Source of the DNA: Tubiluchus corallicola
Taxonomy: Eukaryota; Animalia; Priapulida
Direction: 5' to 3'
Assembly: GCA_030141605.1 (NCBI GenBank)
Contig: JAQGDQ010000338.1
Span: 1 to 64,000 of the forward strand
DNA: 64,000 bases
A program made the position numbers and the translations under genes. The notes below the pieces were generated by a model that worked only from the letters and a program-made list of their open reading frames with translations, was not told the origin of the DNA and did no database searches. This document shows, in pieces, positions 39,287 through 52,271 of this stretch. How positions within the stretch are numbered: position 1 is the stretch's first letter; each line of letters starts with the position of its first letter.

Positions 39287-39886
39287 CAGTGTCGGCTCGT
39301 GTATAGGTACTGTGGAACTACAGCACCCCCTGTTCTCACTCATTATTATCGATAAATGCATATAAGTCTTTTTTCTTTAGTTCTTTTTTATACTTGTGCG
39401 GAACTGGAGCACTTGAGGGAAGTACAATTTGCTTCACAGCCCAACCAATGTGGTGTTTTGCTGTTGTGCGCATGTTATGTCTAAGATAACACACTGTACG
39501 CTAGAGTCTGCTGCTAGATAGAAAAATACTGTCTCTATCAGAGTGACAATTGCCACGTGCTTACCGTGTACCGTCATATTCTTTGATGTGATAAAGTGTA
39601 AACTTAGCGTGTGTGCTTAAAACATAAAATATTTACTAATGGACGCCTTGCATCCCCAAGAAATAAGTTCTGTCACTGTAAGTGAACTACAACAGGTTAA
39701 TTTTTCACAGTTGTCTCTCCATCAAAAAGTTGCAGTTAAGAAAAGAGACCGTTCAACACCTGATCTTTATATATAACTACAACATTAAAATTACATATGT
39801 TTGTTACGTTTTACACAGTATTAAAACAATGGCTAAACATTTTCTGAAGCAGCGCCCCCACTAATTTTAACTACGAGCCGCCACTG
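39287..39886. mobile_element. hAT-like MITE flanked by a 48-bp direct repeat
   Basis: TIR CAGTGTCGGCTCGT / ACGAGCCGCCACTG; 39239-39286 is repeated at 39893-39940. Confidence 0.7.
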
Positions 39887-40237
39887 GAAAACACTGTGGT
39901 TTGTTTTTCATAGACCGTCTTGACAACTTGAACTGTTGACTTACTAAAAAGGTTATTTGTGTTTGCAGAGATTACAGAGTTTAATCGCATAGAGCTGATA
40001 ACTCTTTACCGTTTGTATGTATAGCAAGAACAGAATTGCTTTGTGAATTTCAACTCACCTGGAGTGTTTGAACTTTGCCGAAAAGATTTATGGACGAAAT
40101 AATAATTTATATACTTACGTGAAGAGCCGATACGTGTGATTTTCATCTAAAAAACGAAGGTCGTCAAAGGAAAATTAGAACAGAGAGAAAGAAAAGAAAA
40201 AGTGAAGGTAAAAAAGGAACAATGAGGCCAAGAAGGG

Positions 40238-40461
40238 NNNNNNNNNNNNNNNNNNNNNNNNNNNNNNNNNNNNNNNNNNNNNNNNNNNNNNNNNNNNNNN
40301 NNNNNNNNNNNNNNNNNNNNNNNNNNNNNNNNNNNNNNNNNNNNNNNNNNNNNNNNNNNNNNNNNNNNNNNNNNNNNNNNNNNNNNNNNNNNNNNNNNNN
40401 NNNNNNNNNNNNNNNNNNNNNNNNNNNNNNNNNNNNNNNNNNNNNNNNNNNNNNNNNNNNN
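40238..40461. other. Assembly gap (224 N) next to a (GA)-rich purine tract at 40462-40722
   Basis: Directly visible. Confidence 1.
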
Positions 40462-40525
<64 letters not shown>

Positions 40526-40686
40526 GGAGACAGAGAGAGAGAGAGGGAGAGAGTGCAGAGAAGAAGAGAGAGGGAAGAGGAGAGAAAGGGAGAAAGGGGA
40601 GAGAGAGGGAGACAGAAGGAGAGAGGGAGAGAGGGAGAAAGAAAGAGAAAGAAAGAGGGAGAAAGAAAGGGAAAGAGATCGAGAGT

Positions 40687-40726
<40 letters not shown>

Positions 40727-40969
40727 GAACAGAAAGGGGGAGGTCATACCCGGAGTTGCAATCAATACAAACATCTGTTCACATAGTCTATGATGATTTA
40801 GTCACTAATCCAGATCTAATCCGATTAAGGTTTGCGCTAATCGGGGAATTTGCTCGACTGTTTTCCTTTAAGCAAAGTAAAGCAAACGTGAATTAGCTAC
40901 TCTTTTGTACTGCTCTATCTAAATTTCTTTTTAACACAATGATCGTCTTCAGTCTCAGTTTGAAACGTT

Positions 40970-41860
40970 CAAACCTCGTCGTCTCCATTGTCTGACAAAC
41001 CCTCGTCTTCACTGTCGTCTGACAATCCTTCGTCGTCTCCACTGTCTGACAATCCTTCGTCGTCTCCACTGTCTGACAAACCTTCGTCGTCTCCACTGTC
41101 TGACAATCCTTCGTCGTCTCCACTGTCTGACAAACCCTCGTCTTCATCCTTCGTCGTCTCCACTGTCTGACAAACCTTCGTCGTCTCCACTGTCTGACAA
41201 ACCTTCGTCGTCTCCACTGTCTGACAAACCTTCGTCGTCTCCACTGTCTGACAAACCTTCGTCGTCTTCACTGTCTAACAATCCTTCGTCGTCTCCACTG
41301 TCTGACAATCCTTCGTCGTCTCCACTGTCTGACAAACCTTCGTCGTCTCCACTGTCTGACAAACCTTCGTCGTCTCCACTGTCTGACAATCCTTCGTCTT
41401 CTGCACTGTCTAACAATCCTTCGTCGTCTCCACTGTCTGACAAACCTTCGTCGTCTCCACTGTCTGACAAACCTTCGTCGTCTCCACCGTCTGACAAACC
41501 TTCGTCGTCTTCACTGTCTAACAATCCTTCGTCGTCTCCACTGTCTGACAATCCTTCGTCGTCTCCACTGTCTGACAAACCTTCGTCGTCTCCACTGTCT
41601 GACAAACCTTCGTCGTCTCCACTGTCTGACAATCCTTCGTCGTCTTCACTGTCTGACAATCCTTCGTCGTCTCCACTGTCTGACAATCCTTCGTCGTCTT
41701 CACTGTCTGACAATCCTTCGTCTTCTCCACTGTCTAACAATCCTTCGTCGTCTCCACTGTCTGACAATCCTTCGTCGTCTCCACTGTCTGACAATCCTTC
41801 GTCGTCTTCACTGTCTAACAATCCTTCGTCGTCTCCACTGTCTGACAAACCCTCGTCTTC
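40970..41860. repeat. 27-bp minisatellite, about 33 copies
   Basis: Unit CCTTCGTCGTCTCCACTGTCTGACAA(A/T); the minus strand reads (SDSGDDEGL)n. Confidence 0.97.
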
Positions 41861-42235
41861 TGTACCACTTTATTCGCAATTAATATTCCAACTGTTTTAA
41901 TTTATTAGTTTACGAAAATGCTGTAAATGTACCATCATAAATCATCTTTGACTGACATCTAGGTTGAAATACGCCAGCTGCTTGTCAACATTATGAGTTT
42001 GTCATTTGATTTAGACAAACCCATTATGCTGGTTGATGGAAATATGTCGTTGTAATATGTAGCGAAGAACGTGAGTTGTTTTGCGTTGCTATACATACGT
42101 TACTGAAATGCCCGTGTTCTGTCAACATTATAATAGTAATAATATTAATCATAATAATAATTATTATTATAATTCTTTATTTTTTAAAACTATGTACAAA
42201 ATACATTCCCTCTATTTGTAGGGATATGTTTAAAA

Positions 42236-42269
42236 TGTCTAAAAGCATTTACAACGTATTAAACCTATT

Positions 42270-42340
<71 letters not shown>

Positions 42341-42372
42341 AGGTTTAATACGTTGTAAAAGCTTTTAGACAT
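42236..42372. repeat. ~37-bp inverted repeat enclosing (TA)n(TG)n
   Basis: ATGTCTAAAAGCATTTACAACGTATTAAACCTATTCAC / GTGAATAGGTTTAATACGTTGTAAAAGCTTTTAGACAT, one mismatch. Confidence 0.9.
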
Positions 42373-43199
42373 ATATATATATATATATATATAGAATCCA
42401 ACGCATGAGACATATTGAACGACAACGATCATATACAATAGACATAGTTACAAATAGTGATCCAACAGTATATACATACATAATAAACGATAACGAACAT
42501 ATTTTAATACTTAGTAACAAAAATTTACACACATTATAACAATGAAAAACAGCGAGTACAGTTATAATAAACATAATTAGCAATTCTAATGTAAATTCAC
42601 ATAATCATAAATAAAAACAAAAGAGCATATAGAAAACACGACGAGAGTTGTAAAATTTCATCACCAACGGACGGTCGAAAGACGATAGGAATTTATCCGA
42701 GATAAGATTTGCAAAAGCATTTATAGCATTATTATAGCATTATAGCATAGCTGATATTAATAATATTATATGCCACTTTTTGCATGATCGTCATTGGATA
42801 TTGATTATGATGGAGGTGATATGAGTGATACTATGTTAGTAAGTAAACTTTGTATTATAACGGCGAGCCGAATTATTAAATTTGCCATTAAGGTTATATG
42901 GATTAAGGCAACAAACTGCCTTGAATAAAGTCATGAACGATGATATTGATAAATCCCTAATTAAAAGATCGAAAAAAGTTCTGATTTTAATCGAATCGAC
43001 TCGACACGCTGGAATCCATTATTCGGTGTAGCGGCTATATAATGCGAACAGTAATCATGCTCGCATTAAAGGCTGATGTAAGATGAGGCAATGAACCAAG
43101 AGATGAGTTTTGGCTACGTTAATTGTGAATACATCTTCTCTCAACGAGACAAAAACCAGGATGAGTAGGGCAAACGAAACATATCAGAACGAGTGTTGA

Positions 43200-43258
43200 A
43201 TCCAGCGGTCTCTCATCCATTTACTGATCAGTTTTGACGTTGTCTAACTTTGGTGCTA
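43200..43258 (-). pseudogene. Decayed 5S rRNA-derived fragment
   Basis: Minus strand CACCAAAGTTAGACAACGTC...CTGATCAGTAAATGGATGAGAGACCGCTGG resembles the 5S internal control region. Confidence 0.5.
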
Positions 43259-44019
43259 AGCATATACAGCATAGGTACACAGTTGTTCTCCTCACCACAG
43301 TAACAGGGACTTTTCTTCGGCTCAATTAATGGATACCTTTTCAGCTACTGTACAATAAGCATTGGTATGATAATCACTTATCAAAACTTCAATTTCATTT
43401 TAGTTTATTTATTCAGAAATAACAACAATACAGTTGATGTTCATAACAAAGATACGAGAACAAGAAACAAAATGTAGAAAATTGAATCATTTTTGCTGGT
43501 GAATGGTACAACAAGTTTTACAGTTTAGTAAACAAACGCTGTTTATGTTGAAACCTTGGAACTATAATTGGCCGATATCTTAAATCAAAGATAGCAAAAC
43601 GTCTTTAGAGGGTTAACAAAAAGGGTTGAAAGCGTCAAGTGTTGCACCCCGGTAACAGGATTTCCACGATTGTTATCAATGTTTTGCGAGGTTTTATGTG
43701 ATACTAAGTCTTCGCATCCGCTCCCCTGTTTAAGCAAAACCTGTTGTGTCAGTTTCCACAGACTCCACTCACCTGTCAGATTTATAATTACTTTTCATCA
43801 TCTTTTCCCCATCATCAGACCGAAGAAACGTAAGGATGCCAAAACATTATAATGGCAACCAAGGAGATTACAGTAAGACATCACTGGCATTCGTGAAGGC
43901 TACGTAGCAATTTCTCCAGATTTTAGTTGTCTGCTTAAAGGTGTTTTTATTCCATGTTAGGTGGATAAATTCTTTATTGCCATTAAAATACATGCAATTG
44001 ACAAGCAATTGAATATACA

Positions 44020-44590
44020 TTGTACAGCGGGACAAACAATGTGTTATACATATATGCGAAATATTTCATTAGCTATATGGGACCAGTCCTATGGAATAGA
44101 CTAAGCCGCAATTCAAAATGTAGTCACTCTCTTTCAACTTTTAAAAAACTGTCAGAAAAGAAATATTTCAAAAGTATTGAGAGTAACACAATTTGATAAT
44201 GGGAATCACCTGCATTCTTTTTCTTTTTCACTGTAATCTTAATAAAACGTGACTATGCTCAACAGGTTACTGAACACTTTATAATCATGATCACAGTTTT
44301 TCTTAGTTCTCGCTTAGACCACATTTATATATATATTATCATTATTTAAATTATTAATCATTTCTTTAAGATTTCCACGTACGTACAGTTTAGCCTGTCA
44401 AGCTATGCTTTTAGGCTCAAACTGTATGCATCAAAATTACTCTGTAATGTAATTTGCACATGTATATGCTGCATAAGAATCTCTTTTGTAATTTCTGGAT
44501 TATATTGCATTTATATTTATATTTACTTCAGTGAAATTATCTGTATTTTTATTATAACTGTAAGATGCAGAGTGGAAATAAATAAACTTA
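44020..44590 (+). mobile_element. L2/CR1-group LINE 3' remnant
   Basis: ISYMGPVLWNRLSRNSKCSHSLSTFKK motif, then an AT-rich 3' UTR ending AATAAATAAA. Confidence 0.55.
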
Positions 44591-44627
44591 ATACAAGTCA
44601 GTCATTTTATGACGACTAGATTGTTAA

Positions 44628-45181
44628 AGGAAGACAGGATGATTTTTCATTTCCTATCCCTATTTTCAAGTCCGATAAAAAGTATACATTTTAACACAAT
44701 GCTGCAACAGCGTTTGTGATAATTAAGTAATAGATTAAAACTTACATGATTTCCACCTTAAATAATTGGGCCCAACTGTTGATGACATCACAAACGAATA
44801 ATTTTCTACAGTAAAAATATTCCTGGAGCGTGTTGCATGCGTTTGTGAAAGCGAAAATTGAAGTACAGTGCTACTGTAAGATATTCAGTGTGTTGTACTA
44901 AAACTAGGCAAGTTTTAAAATTAAAATTAAAATTTACCGCTGTGCTCACGCATGAGCTGTCGAACGTGTGTAGTTCCTCAGACACTAACACATCTGAACT
45001 GAGAGGTACAGCACCTGTTTTGTGTAATGCGTTTCCGAAATCAAGGCGCTATTGCCCGTCTACCCAGCAAATGCCGAAATGCATGTAACAGCGAAGAACT
45101 AGTGGCGTGAACGCGAAATTGTGTTTGCGTGGTAATAATTCTTTCTCGTAAGTCGTTTTTGAAAAAATAGGGTGTTCCCCT
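44628..45181 (-). mobile_element. MITE family C copy
   Basis: Reverse-complement homologue of 37086-37622; ttaa|AGGAAGACAGGATG end. Confidence 0.7.
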
Positions 45182-45635
45182 TCAATATTTTAAAGAGTAG
45201 ATTGTTTTGACCTTTGACCTATAGTTTAAGATTGGGTCCAGTTTTGCTTTAATTGGCAAGAGCTTCATTCTAATCTACTAAATCATAATGATAATTAAAC
45301 TAAATTTATGGCTAATAAAAATACACTTATCACAACAGATTGATGAAATTATAAACATTCATATATTAATACACAATAGATTTACAAAATTATACACATT
45401 ATAGACCGACTTATATACAATTTTTGTACATACATACACATGCACACATTGACACATAAATGTAAAAAGTTTACTGCATAAAGCATATGGCTAAACTGTA
45501 TAAACTATCCTAAACAATATAAACGAAATTAAGAATAGTACGACGAGTTGCATTACATATAGGTACAGTATGTGTGTTTGAAAGTGCGCATGCGTGTATT
45601 TATGTATTTACATGTATGAATTTTTTTACGCTGAA

Positions 45636-47980
45636 TGTAAATCCATGATACTGTAAAAACAATGGAACTATAGGAAACTTTAGTCACTTTGAGTGTTGGT
45701 GCATACAGGTTCTGCTAGTAAATCCATGATGCTGTAAAAACAATAGAACTGTGGGTAACTTTAGTCACTTTGAGTGTTGGTGCATGCAGGTTCTGATAGT
45801 AAATCCATGATACTGTAAAAACAATAGAACTATAGGTAACTTTAGTCGCTTTGAGTGTTGGTACATGCAGGTTCTGATAGTAAATCCATGATGCTGTAAA
45901 AACAATAGAACTATAGGTAACTTTAGTCACTTTGAGCGTTGGTACATGCAGGTTCTGATAGTAAATCCATGATGCTGTAAAAACAATAGAACTGTAGGTA
46001 ACTTTAGTAGCTTTGAGTGTTGGTACATGCAGGTTCTGATAGTAAATCCATGATGCTGTAAAAGCAATAGAACTGTAGGTAACTTTAGCCACTTTGAGTG
46101 TTGGTACATGCAGGTTCTGATAGTAAATCCATGATACTGTAAAAACAATAGAACTGTAGGTAACTTTAGTCACTTTGAGTGTTGGTGCATGCAGGTTCTG
46201 ATAGTAAATCCATGATACTGTAAAAACAATAGAACTGTAGGTAACTTTAGTCACTTTGAGTGTTGGTGCATGCAGGTTCTGATAGTAAATCCATGATACT
46301 GTAAAAACAATAGAACTGTAGGTAACTTTAGTCGCTTTGAGTGTTGGTACATGCAAGTTCTGATAGTAAATTCATGATGCTGTAAAAACAATAGAACTGT
46401 AGGTAACTTTAGTCACTTTGAGTGTTGGTGCATGCAGGTTCTGATAGTAAATCCATGATACTGTAAAAACAATAGAACTGTAGGTAACTTTAGTCACTTT
46501 GAGTGTTGGTGCATGCAGGTTCTGATAGTAAATCCATGATACTGTAAAAACAATAGAACTGTAGGTAACTTTAGTCGCTTTGAGTGTTGGTACATGCAAG
46601 TTCTGATAGTAAATCCATGATACTGAAAAAACAATAGAACTGTAGGTAACTTTAGTCACTTTGAGCGTTGGTACATGCAGGTTCTGATAGTAAATTCATG
46701 ATGCTGTAAAAACAATAGAACTATAGGTAACTTTAGTAGCTTTGAGTGTTGGTACATGCAGGTTCTGATAGTAAATCCATGATGCTGTAAAAGCAATAGA
46801 ACTGTAGGTAACTTTAGCCACTTTGAGTGTTGGTACATGCAGGTTCTGATAGTAAATCCATGATACTGTAAAAACAATAGAACTGTAGGTAACTTTAGTC
46901 ACTTTGAGTGTTGGTGCATGCAGGTTCTGATAGTAAATCCATGATACTGTAAAAACAATAGAACTATAGGTAACTTTAGTCACTTTGAGCGTTGGTACAT
47001 GCAGGTTCTGATAGTAAATTCATGATGCTGTAAAAACAATAGAACTATAGGTAACTTTAGTAGCTTTGAGTGTTGGTACATGCAGGTTCTGATAGTAAAT
47101 CCATGATGCTGTAAAAGCAATAGAACTGTAGGTAACTTTAGCCACTTTGAGTGTTGGTACATGCAGGTTCTGATAGTAAATCCATGATACTGTAAAAACA
47201 ATAGAACTGTAGGTAACTTTAGTCACTTTGAGTGTTGGTGCATGCAGGTTCTGATAGTAAATCCATGATACTGTAAAAACAATAGAACTGTAGGTAACTT
47301 TAGTCACTTTGAGTGTTGGTACATGCAGGTTCTGATAGTAAATCCATGATGCTGTAAAAGCAAAAGAACTGTAGGTAACTTTAGTCGCTTTGAGTGTTGG
47401 TACATGCAAGTTCTGATAGTAAATCCATGATACTGAAAAAACAATAGAACTGTAGGTAACTTTAGTCACTTTGAGTGTTGGTACATGCAGGTTCTGATAG
47501 TAAATCTATGATACTGAAAAAACAATAGAACTATAGGTAACTTTAGTCACTTTGAGTGTTGGTGCATGCAGGTTCTGATAGTAAATCCATGATACTGTAA
47601 AAACAATAGAACTGTAGGTAACTTTAGTCACTTTGAGTGTTGGTGCATGCAGGTTCTGATAGTAAATCCATGATACTGTAAAAACAATAGAACTGTAGGT
47701 AACTTTAGTCACTTTGAGTGTTGGTACATGCAGGTTCTGATAGTAAATCCATGATACTGTAAAAACAATAGAACTATAGGTAACTTTAGTCACTTTGAGT
47801 GTTGGTGCATACAGGTTCTGCTAGTAAATCCATGATACTGTAAAAACAATAGATCTATAGGTAACTTTTAGTCACTTTGAGTGTTGGTGCATGCAGGTTC
47901 TGATAGTAAATCCATGATGCTGTAAAAACAATAGAACTGTAGGTAACTTTAGTCACTTTGAGTGTTGGTACATGCAGGTT
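45636..47980. repeat. 81-bp satellite array, about 29 copies
   Basis: Unit GTAAATCCATGATACTGTAAAAACAATAGAACTGTAGGTAACTTTAGTCACTTTGAGTGTTGGTACATGCAGGTTCTGATA. Confidence 0.98.
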
Positions 47981-48249
47981 CGGCAACCGACTTGCCAAAA
48001 GGAAAATTGGCCAGGTGTGAAACTGCAAATTACAGGTGAGTGCCTACTAAGTTGCATAATAGAAAAAGCTTGTTATGTAGAGACAGTAAAAATGGTATTT
48101 TGTTTAGGTTAGATTAGATAACAGATGAGATTTGATCAGATTAGATCAGTAAAAACACCATTGACAACTACCAAACAGATTTTATTTTTTTACGTAATAA
48201 CTGAGGTTATCAAAGTTCCAAACTAGAGCAAAAATAAAGATTAAGATGT

Positions 48250-48692
48250 TACCTTACCTTACCTCACTATGCCTTGCCTTACCATATTACAACATATTTT
48301 TCCTTACCTTATCTTATCTTACCTTAATTACCTTACCTTACCTTACCGTACCGTACCTTGCCTTGCCTTGCCTTAACTTACCTTACCTTACTTAACCTAA
48401 CCTAACCTAACCTAACCTAACCTAACCTAACCTAACCTTACCTTACCTTACCCTATTTTACCTTGCCTTACCTTACCTTTCCTTATTTTACCTTGCCTTA
48501 CCTTACATTAACTTACCTTACCTTACCTTACTTTACCTTACCTCGCTATGCCTTGCCTTACTTTACCTTACCTTACATTTACATTACCTTACATAAACTT
48601 GCCTTACCTTACCTTACTTTACGTTACCCTGCTATGCCTTGCCTTACCGTATCACAACATATTTTTCCTTACCTTATCTTACCCTACCTTAC
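48250..48692. repeat. Imperfect (CCTTA/CCTAA)n pentamer array
   Basis: Directly visible; a ~50-bp block is repeated near both ends. Confidence 0.92.
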
Positions 48693-50529
48693 TTCATATC
48701 ACTGTAGTTTTCTTATGTAGTAATATTACAGACACACAGCACAACAGTAGCCTTAAAATTTTGTAACATAAATTTGAACATTTTACGACTGCACCAAATG
48801 GTTGAAATTCATTAACTGCCATTTTATAGCTGTTTCAATGTCATAATGCATTTTTACGAGACTGTAAAAGTTTTCAGGTATTCATAATGCTTCTTTGTAA
48901 AGTTTCCATAGCTCACTTAGACCTTAGTCGAATTACAGTTGCTTCTGAACCTAGGAAACAGGTACTAACTTAAACTTTTTCGTCTGCCACTATAATTACG
49001 CATTAAATGCTATTATCTAATACCTTTTAACCATTTTAGCATTAGCTGTTTTGGTTTTATAAACACGTCGTTTTGGTGGTAAAACTTATTTATTTGAGAA
49101 CTGAAATACCTATGAGCCGTGCAAGAAGTTGTTGTCACTCTTATGTCTGGGAATTCTTTTCGAAGAAGTTTAGTGCTTAATCACTGAAGCTCCCTCTAGG
49201 ACACGTGGTCCTGATTTAAGGAGTAAAACAGAAACTGTTTTAGCAAATTATTCACGTGACAAATGTCTTGTGCAGATTTAAGCATTTTAAGTTTTGCTGG
49301 GTTCAATTAATATTTTTGATAATTTGATAATTTTTATCAAATTTGGCTAGTGTTTTGGCCTGTTGTCAATCTTGTTTTAACAATTAAGCAAAATAACAAG
49401 ACTTAGGGTTTTGGGGTAAGGGGCCCCATACAGTTTTTTCAAATGTATTACCCAAAGTAAGATATGCCGAAATATGTTTGGCGGTTTCTGCTTTTGTTCA
49501 CAAATGTGACGATACGGATGGACATCGAGATTCTGGCTACTGACCCGCCTGAGCTACTCACTGACCATATGGCGGCATTGTTTGATTATATAATGTCATA
49601 GGCGTACGGGCGTATATTTTCCAGGGGGTGATAAACCATTTTTGGCGGAAAACTGCTCGGAAACTGTGCAGGATAACTTCGAGTCGGGAATTGCGTCGCC
49701 CCGCCCAATTTATCTGCATTTTTATGTTATTTCACAAGAAACGCTGCATTAATAACCTTGATTTTAGCACGCACTTTAATACTTCTTGTTTAATATCACT
49801 GTAAGAAATGTTGTACGCACAAATTAGAAAAGCTAATTACAGAATCCGTAAATGTAATATTGTACAATTCACTCTAGTGTCTATGTAAAATTGTATAATG
49901 TTAGTACAGATATTTTTGACTGCAATCATTATCATCGTCATCATCATAATCATCGTTATCATCATCATCATCATCATCGTCGTCATCATCATTATCTGTT
50001 CTTGGGGGCCGCTTAGGGCTGTTAATTCAGCCCTGCCTGCAAACATACTACGAAAATTGCTCTCACAGCTAAGAATCTATTCACATTGGAACCTGGTTTA
50101 TCAACGCAACACAATCAAAGGAGCATCTTTTAGGAACCGTTCTCCGCACCAGAGATTATGTATGAGCAGAGGCGCATGCATTACTCTAATCTCTAATTAC
50201 GTGAAAAGTAATCTTACGCTAATTGCGGTCGCTACTGTTTTGTGGCTGCGACACGTTTCCGGCACGCGTCAGTAGCGTCGACTGCCCACCAGACGTTTCC
50301 GCTCCTGATGGATTTTCCGGATCACCTTTTCTTTGCGGCTTATAGCGCCACCTGTTCTTCTCAGAAAACAAAAGGCATTCAGTACAGATTTTACCTGAGT
50401 AGAAAGACGTATAGAACCTGACTGACACTTATAATAATGAATTTTCTGCCTCGGTAGGGTTCTCTAAGCAGAGTAGATGTGTAGTATATACCTGACCAGG
50501 GTTAAAACCATGCGATTAAGGCATGTAAT

Positions 50530-50940
50530 AGTAGTAAAATCTTTATTTGCCAATTTAAAAACATTGACCATCATAATAAAAGACAGACACTCAGTGTTAG
50601 TTCAAATAAAAACATACACTGTTCTAGGCAAATGCGTCTGGTGCAAGCTAAACTATAAATGCAACTAGAAATTCAAAAATAAAATATAAACTAGTTTAGT
50701 AAGGTCTAGGAAAAATGTAATTACGATTTGAGTAAGTATCATCGTGTTCGTATGTCGGATATTCAAAACGAGTCATTAAATGTTTTTTTTAAATTTAGAC
50801 TTGAATATTGATAAAGAGCTGCTGTGTTTTAGTGATGTCGGTAATGAATTCCAAAGTTGAATTGCTTGCTTAGTAATGGAATTCTTTCCATATTGATTGT
50901 TCGTTCTAATGTTTCTTAAATTTAGTGTTCTGTTATTCAT
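50530..50940 (-). mobile_element. L2/CR1-group LINE 3' remnant
   Basis: Minus strand RTNNQYGKNSITKQAIQLWNSLPTSLKHSSSLSIFKSKFKK, a typical ORF2 terminus. Confidence 0.7.
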
Positions 50941-51620
50941 ACTGGGGTTTTCATGAAAGGCTAAACCAAGACCAGTTGATGCTTGGACATTGGTAGCAGT
51001 TTTAATGAACGCTGAATTCGTCCTAATGATTTGTAATTATTCTGCAAACCACAATTTTAAGTGAGCTGAACTGATTTGTCTTGTTTTGGCTTTATGCGAT
51101 TCAAGCTGGTATGTTGATTTAATAAGATTCGGTATGATTTCTGGCCATGGGTCTATCCTGGCCATCTTAGTTTATTTTAACCACGCACGCACGCGCGCAC
51201 GCGCACACTCGCAGTCACATTAATTTAGTCGTGAAGTGTTCGTTTTGCTTTGCTTAGGTTAAGTTAGGTTAGGTTAGGTTTGATTTTGTTTTGTCTCGTG
51301 TCTAACAGACTGAATAAAACAAAATGGCGCTGATTATGTTTGAGTAGACTAGGCTACACTTGACTAAGTTGAAGTGAATTAATTCAATTTAACTGGATTG
51401 GATAGAATTACTCTACGTGCACCGGGTGTTAGCTGGCTTGAGACGGTTCTGTTACAGTTCAACTACGTTGGGCTTAGTTATGTGTAGTTGGGCATAACTT
51501 AGTCTAGGTTGGGCTCCGTTTGGGACTTTGGTTTGGCTAGATCAGATCTTGAAAAAAGAAGAGCCAAGATTTCGTTATGAATCGTCCTTTCTTGGACCCA
51601 CTGTTGGCAAGCAATTATGA

Positions 51621-52271
51621 ACTACCAAAACTCTTACATTAAAAAGTCAAAAGCTAAAATCATGCCAAACGTTTCGACTAGCTGCTGCTGTCATCATTAG
51701 TAGTAAATTTGTAAACATCAGGCCAGTTTATATAAGCAGAGCCTATTATGCACTGATTAAGTAGTTAACAGAAGCCAAATAGGTAATGAATAAACAGACC
51801 AGTAAAAAAATTGATACAGTAACTTAAACACTAATTATGTATTTACAAAAAGCCAAATAGGTAATGATCAGACAGACCTGAAGAAAAGAAATTGATACAG
51901 TAAATTATGCATTAATGTATTTACAAAAAGCCAAATAGGTAATGATCAGACAGACCTGAAGAAAAGAAATTGATACAGTAACAAATAGCTAAGTGTTTGA
52001 AAGTAAAGCTAAAGGAATTGAACTGCTTTGTACATTAAGACAAGGCTTATTAGGGTACGTAGATAAACTTTCTTTTATTATCAAGTCCCAGTTATTTGGC
52101 TTCTGTTAGCTACTTAATTAGTGCATAATAGGCTCTGCCTATAGAAACTGGTTGTATGTTTGAAAATTTACCACTCATGATGACAGCAGCAGCCTGTCGA
52201 ACCGTTTGGCAGGATTTTAACTTTTTAATGTAAAAGTTTTTAGTAAAGTTGTGTTTTTTCATTGTATAAAT
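51621..52271 (-). mobile_element. Truncated Penelope-like element with an inverted pLTR
   Basis: Minus 52090-51985 reads WDLIIKESLSTYPNKPCLNVQSSSIPLALL, a GIY-YIG C-terminal L.IKES....KP.LN motif. Inverted arms carry mutated hammerhead cores (51665-51703, 52171-52209). Confidence 0.8.

Noticed and set aside
48395-48436. (CCTAA)n as an interstitial telomere
   Set aside because: It is a short variant run inside a mainly (CCTTA)n microsatellite.
50245-50330. Two GGAAACGT motifs on the minus strand resembling PLE hammerheads
   Set aside because: The CUGANGA half-core is absent or too degenerate, and stem I cannot be formed convincingly.
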